Shown piece after piece: positions 61,301 through 64,000 of a DNA stretch of 64,000 nt; the stretch's first letter is position 1; the number at the start of each line of letters is the position of its first letter. Under the pieces are notes generated by a model. The model ran no database searches. It was not told the DNA's origin and saw only the letters and a program-made list of their open reading frames with translations. Source of the stretch: Podarcis filfolensis. Its lineage: Eukaryota. The stretch is from assembly GCA_964270895.1 (NCBI GenBank), contig OZ185439.1; one strand, written 5' to 3'. Both the position numbers and the translations under genes were made by a program.

Positions 61301-63729
61301 TAGCCAGTGTCCTCAGATGGGTGAGAGTTGGATTATTTGCTCTAAGATAAAATGTCTGGTGTCAAGAGAAAGTGTGTATATACTGTGGAGGAGTGATGTC
61401 AATTACAGAAGCAGAGATGGGCAGCATGTCTTTCACCAAGCATGAAGATCAAGGGGAAAAGTTGTTTCAGGGATTTTGACTGTAATCAGCACCACTGTTG
61501 TATTTCCATTTTTAACACTGGATGTTGATTCTGAAAAGCCCTGCTTTCCTTTCTAAAGGACGTGTATGTAATTCTTTTCCTATTTCATTGTGATTATATT
61601 TCAGTTTTCTGTATATGATTCTACTGTCTTTAATCATCTGGCTATCAAATTTAAAGGATTTGATTTTAGTGGTTGCCATTTGATAAACACTAAAGTAGTT
61701 TGAAATCTGTTTCCATTTATTACGTTGAACAAATGTGTGTGTGTGTTTGCTAACTGTATAAATACAGTTTTATTTAATGCAGCATGAGATTTCAGTGTTG
61801 GGTGTTTTGATTTTTTCAAGACTATTTTAAAAGATTTTAAAATGCATTTTTTAAAAGACAAACTTTAATTCAGCATTTTCAGTGCAACATTTCAAAATGT
61901 AGCTTAAACTGGTATGTAAAATCATTCATTTTTAGTAACTGCATATGCGCATGAAGAAATATGTTTTCACAGGCAAATAGCAATTATGGCTGAGTTTTAA
62001 TTGTATATCATAGCCTGCCTTTTGGAACTATAAAATTGCTCAAACATAAGTTAAAAGAGCATTTCCCACAACTGACGCAGATTCTTAGTCATTTTCAACA
62101 GAGGTTTTTTTTTTAAAAAACCGATTGTAGCCTTAAGTTTAAAATGGGATTAAAAAATAAGGGGAAATACAATCAGCAATCATATGGGGGTGCGTCCTAT
62201 TGAACCCAGTGAAGTTACTGTACTTCTGAGTAGACTTGTGTAGGATTGCACTGTAAGGCATGCTTGGCATTCTTAGAAGTTACACAATATATGCAGTCAT
62301 GCTTTAAGCATAAATACTTTCTTGATCTCTGGAGTTCCACCTAGTTCTTATCAATACATTTATTCTGTTTAGTGTCATATTTTAGATAAGCTGATTTTTC
62401 AGACTCCATTACTGTTGACATGGGTTTAAATATTTAGATTGTCTCAGTGATTTATCCCAAGAGCTCTTAGCAAGTAAGATTTCCCAATAGATGGCAGCTG
62501 GATTCATTTTAGTTGGTGATAATCATCACATGTAAATTGGTTTGTTGAGCTTTGGAGTTTCTGTAGATGAAATTAACAGGCCATGGTTATTTACATATGA
62601 TTTGGGGAAGCAGCAGGTTTTTGGTGGGGGGGGGGGAGGAGCTACTTTGTACTTGGAGCTCCGCTTGCAATAGCTTTAAAATGTAGAAGCATGGCTGGAA
62701 TTACATGAAAGTCTGCAGGCTCCCATGCTCCCAGTAGTTTATAGATGTAGAAAGTGATTTCCTTATCTGTGCTATGGATTATGATAGAAGTAAGGTTTGT
62801 AAACAGTGCTGTCACTGTGTGTAGAGCTGCTGCTAGTTACAGTTTTTCCAGTGTTTGCAGATGTCATAGAGGGCAGGGAGAGGCTTGCACATATATTATC
62901 TTGATAGTTACAGTATAGTATCATGCTGGTTCTTGTTTTAATTGAGTGAGATGGTCAAATTTTCATTGCACAAGTGTATAATTTCTGCAACAGTTTCTGG
63001 GTATACTGATTTATGGATGTGTTCATATTTTCTGTGTGCACTCCTTCAGTTTCATTTGATGATTCTTCTAGTGAGCTCATCCATGGCAACAGTTTCATTT
63101 TGACAGATATTAATTTTGTGAGGGAATAAATTCAATATGTGCGGTGGTATTTATTTGTTTTATTAAAACAGTAATATCTTGTCCACCAAGGGTGGCTTAC
63201 AGCATATATAACATTACAGTTCCATAAAACAATATCAAAAAGAAACAGGATCAGCTGTCAAAAATTCATATACATTATCATGTTTCAGTTCTAAGAAATA
63301 TGTCCAAGGACTGATACGGATAAACATTCTAGATTGGATCAAAATTAATAAAGGCTTTTGTAAAATACTGTCATGAGAAGACAATTTTGCAAGAAGAATT
63401 TGAAGTGATTTTGGAATACTGTAAACACTGTAATATGCTGTGTAAGCATTGGACACAGATTAAAGGTTCAAGGCAGCTCATATATTATTTGCTGGTTTTG
63501 CCCAAGCTGTTTGTGGTAAAGTTGATCAGATAATTCTTTTCAGATGAAAGGCAATGGCAAATAGAGGTTTTCATTTATATTCACCTATATCTTTGATGGC
63601 TCACTGCTGTTCCTTTATGTATCTTTCTCCATCAAAACTTGCTCCCTGCTACTTTTATTTCCTTCTGTGTTGATTAATGTATGACAAGCCAAGCTTGTGC
63701 AAGTTCTTCCTCTTGTCACGGCCATACAA

Positions 63730-64000
63730 CGCCTTTGTGCAGTATGAATTTTGGTGCAACCCCATCCAGGATAGCCAACTGACTAATTTTTCGGACACAG
63801 GAACCCCCCCACCCATAGTGTCTCTATCTTGCCAGGGTTCAAGCTGATCTTGTTCTTCCTCAATTCATCCAGGCATTGGTCCAGGGACTGCACAGCATCT
63901 CCTGGTTCAGATGTAATAGGGCTGAGTGTCATCAGAATACTGATGGGACCTTGCCCCAGATCTCCTGGGGTCTCATGTAGATATTAAATAGCATTGGAAA
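63730..64000 (-). mobile_element. Degenerate L2 RT fragment
   Basis: The reverse complement reads PMLFNIYMRP...HQYSDDTQ...CLDE...LNPGKIETLWVG with indels; it is homologous to the 39.6 kb ORF. Confidence 0.8.

Noticed and set aside
1-64000. CRISPR arrays, operons or other prokaryotic systems
   Set aside because: The sequence is a vertebrate intron-exon locus; the only tandem arrays are simple microsatellites and one duplication inside a MITE.

Overview
Vertebrate genomic DNA from a squamate reptile, probably a lacertid lizard. The taxon is inferred from Sauria-type SINE, tRNA-Lys/CR1-tailed SINE, young L2 and hAT/Tc1 MITE content. The window holds the conserved RBM20-PDCD4-BBIP1-SHOC2 block. 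RBM20 (+): last eight coding exons (human-equivalent 7-14, 1059-15659), covering the end of the RRM, the RSRSP hotspot, the E-rich region and the second zinc finger. PDCD4 (+): complete, with promoter/exon 1 at about 32.1-32.3 kb, 11 coding exons (36774-47039, 468 aa) and a miR-21 8mer in the 3'UTR. BBIP1 (-): two coding exons (51028-50989, 49437-49265; 70 aa). A large CpG island at 59.4-61.3 kb is most likely the SHOC2 promoter/exon 1; this call rests on synteny only, as no SHOC2 coding sequence is in the window. There is one 186-nt assembly gap (4582-4767) and many transposon remnants, several with intact TIRs and TSDs. I found no convincing new protein-coding system. The most interesting unexplained items are an orphan CpG-rich promoter-like region at 26.7-29.0 kb (donor sites, CHR/MYB motifs, a phased four-CCAAT array), a separate RFX X-box CpG-island promoter for BBIP1 about 8 kb from the SHOC2 island (which has its own X-box), a sense-oriented L2 with an unbroken 330-codon RT ORF and AATAAA inside PDCD4, and a 5S-rRNA-derived SINE remnant. 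Comparisons with human genes are from memory and need alignment to confirm.
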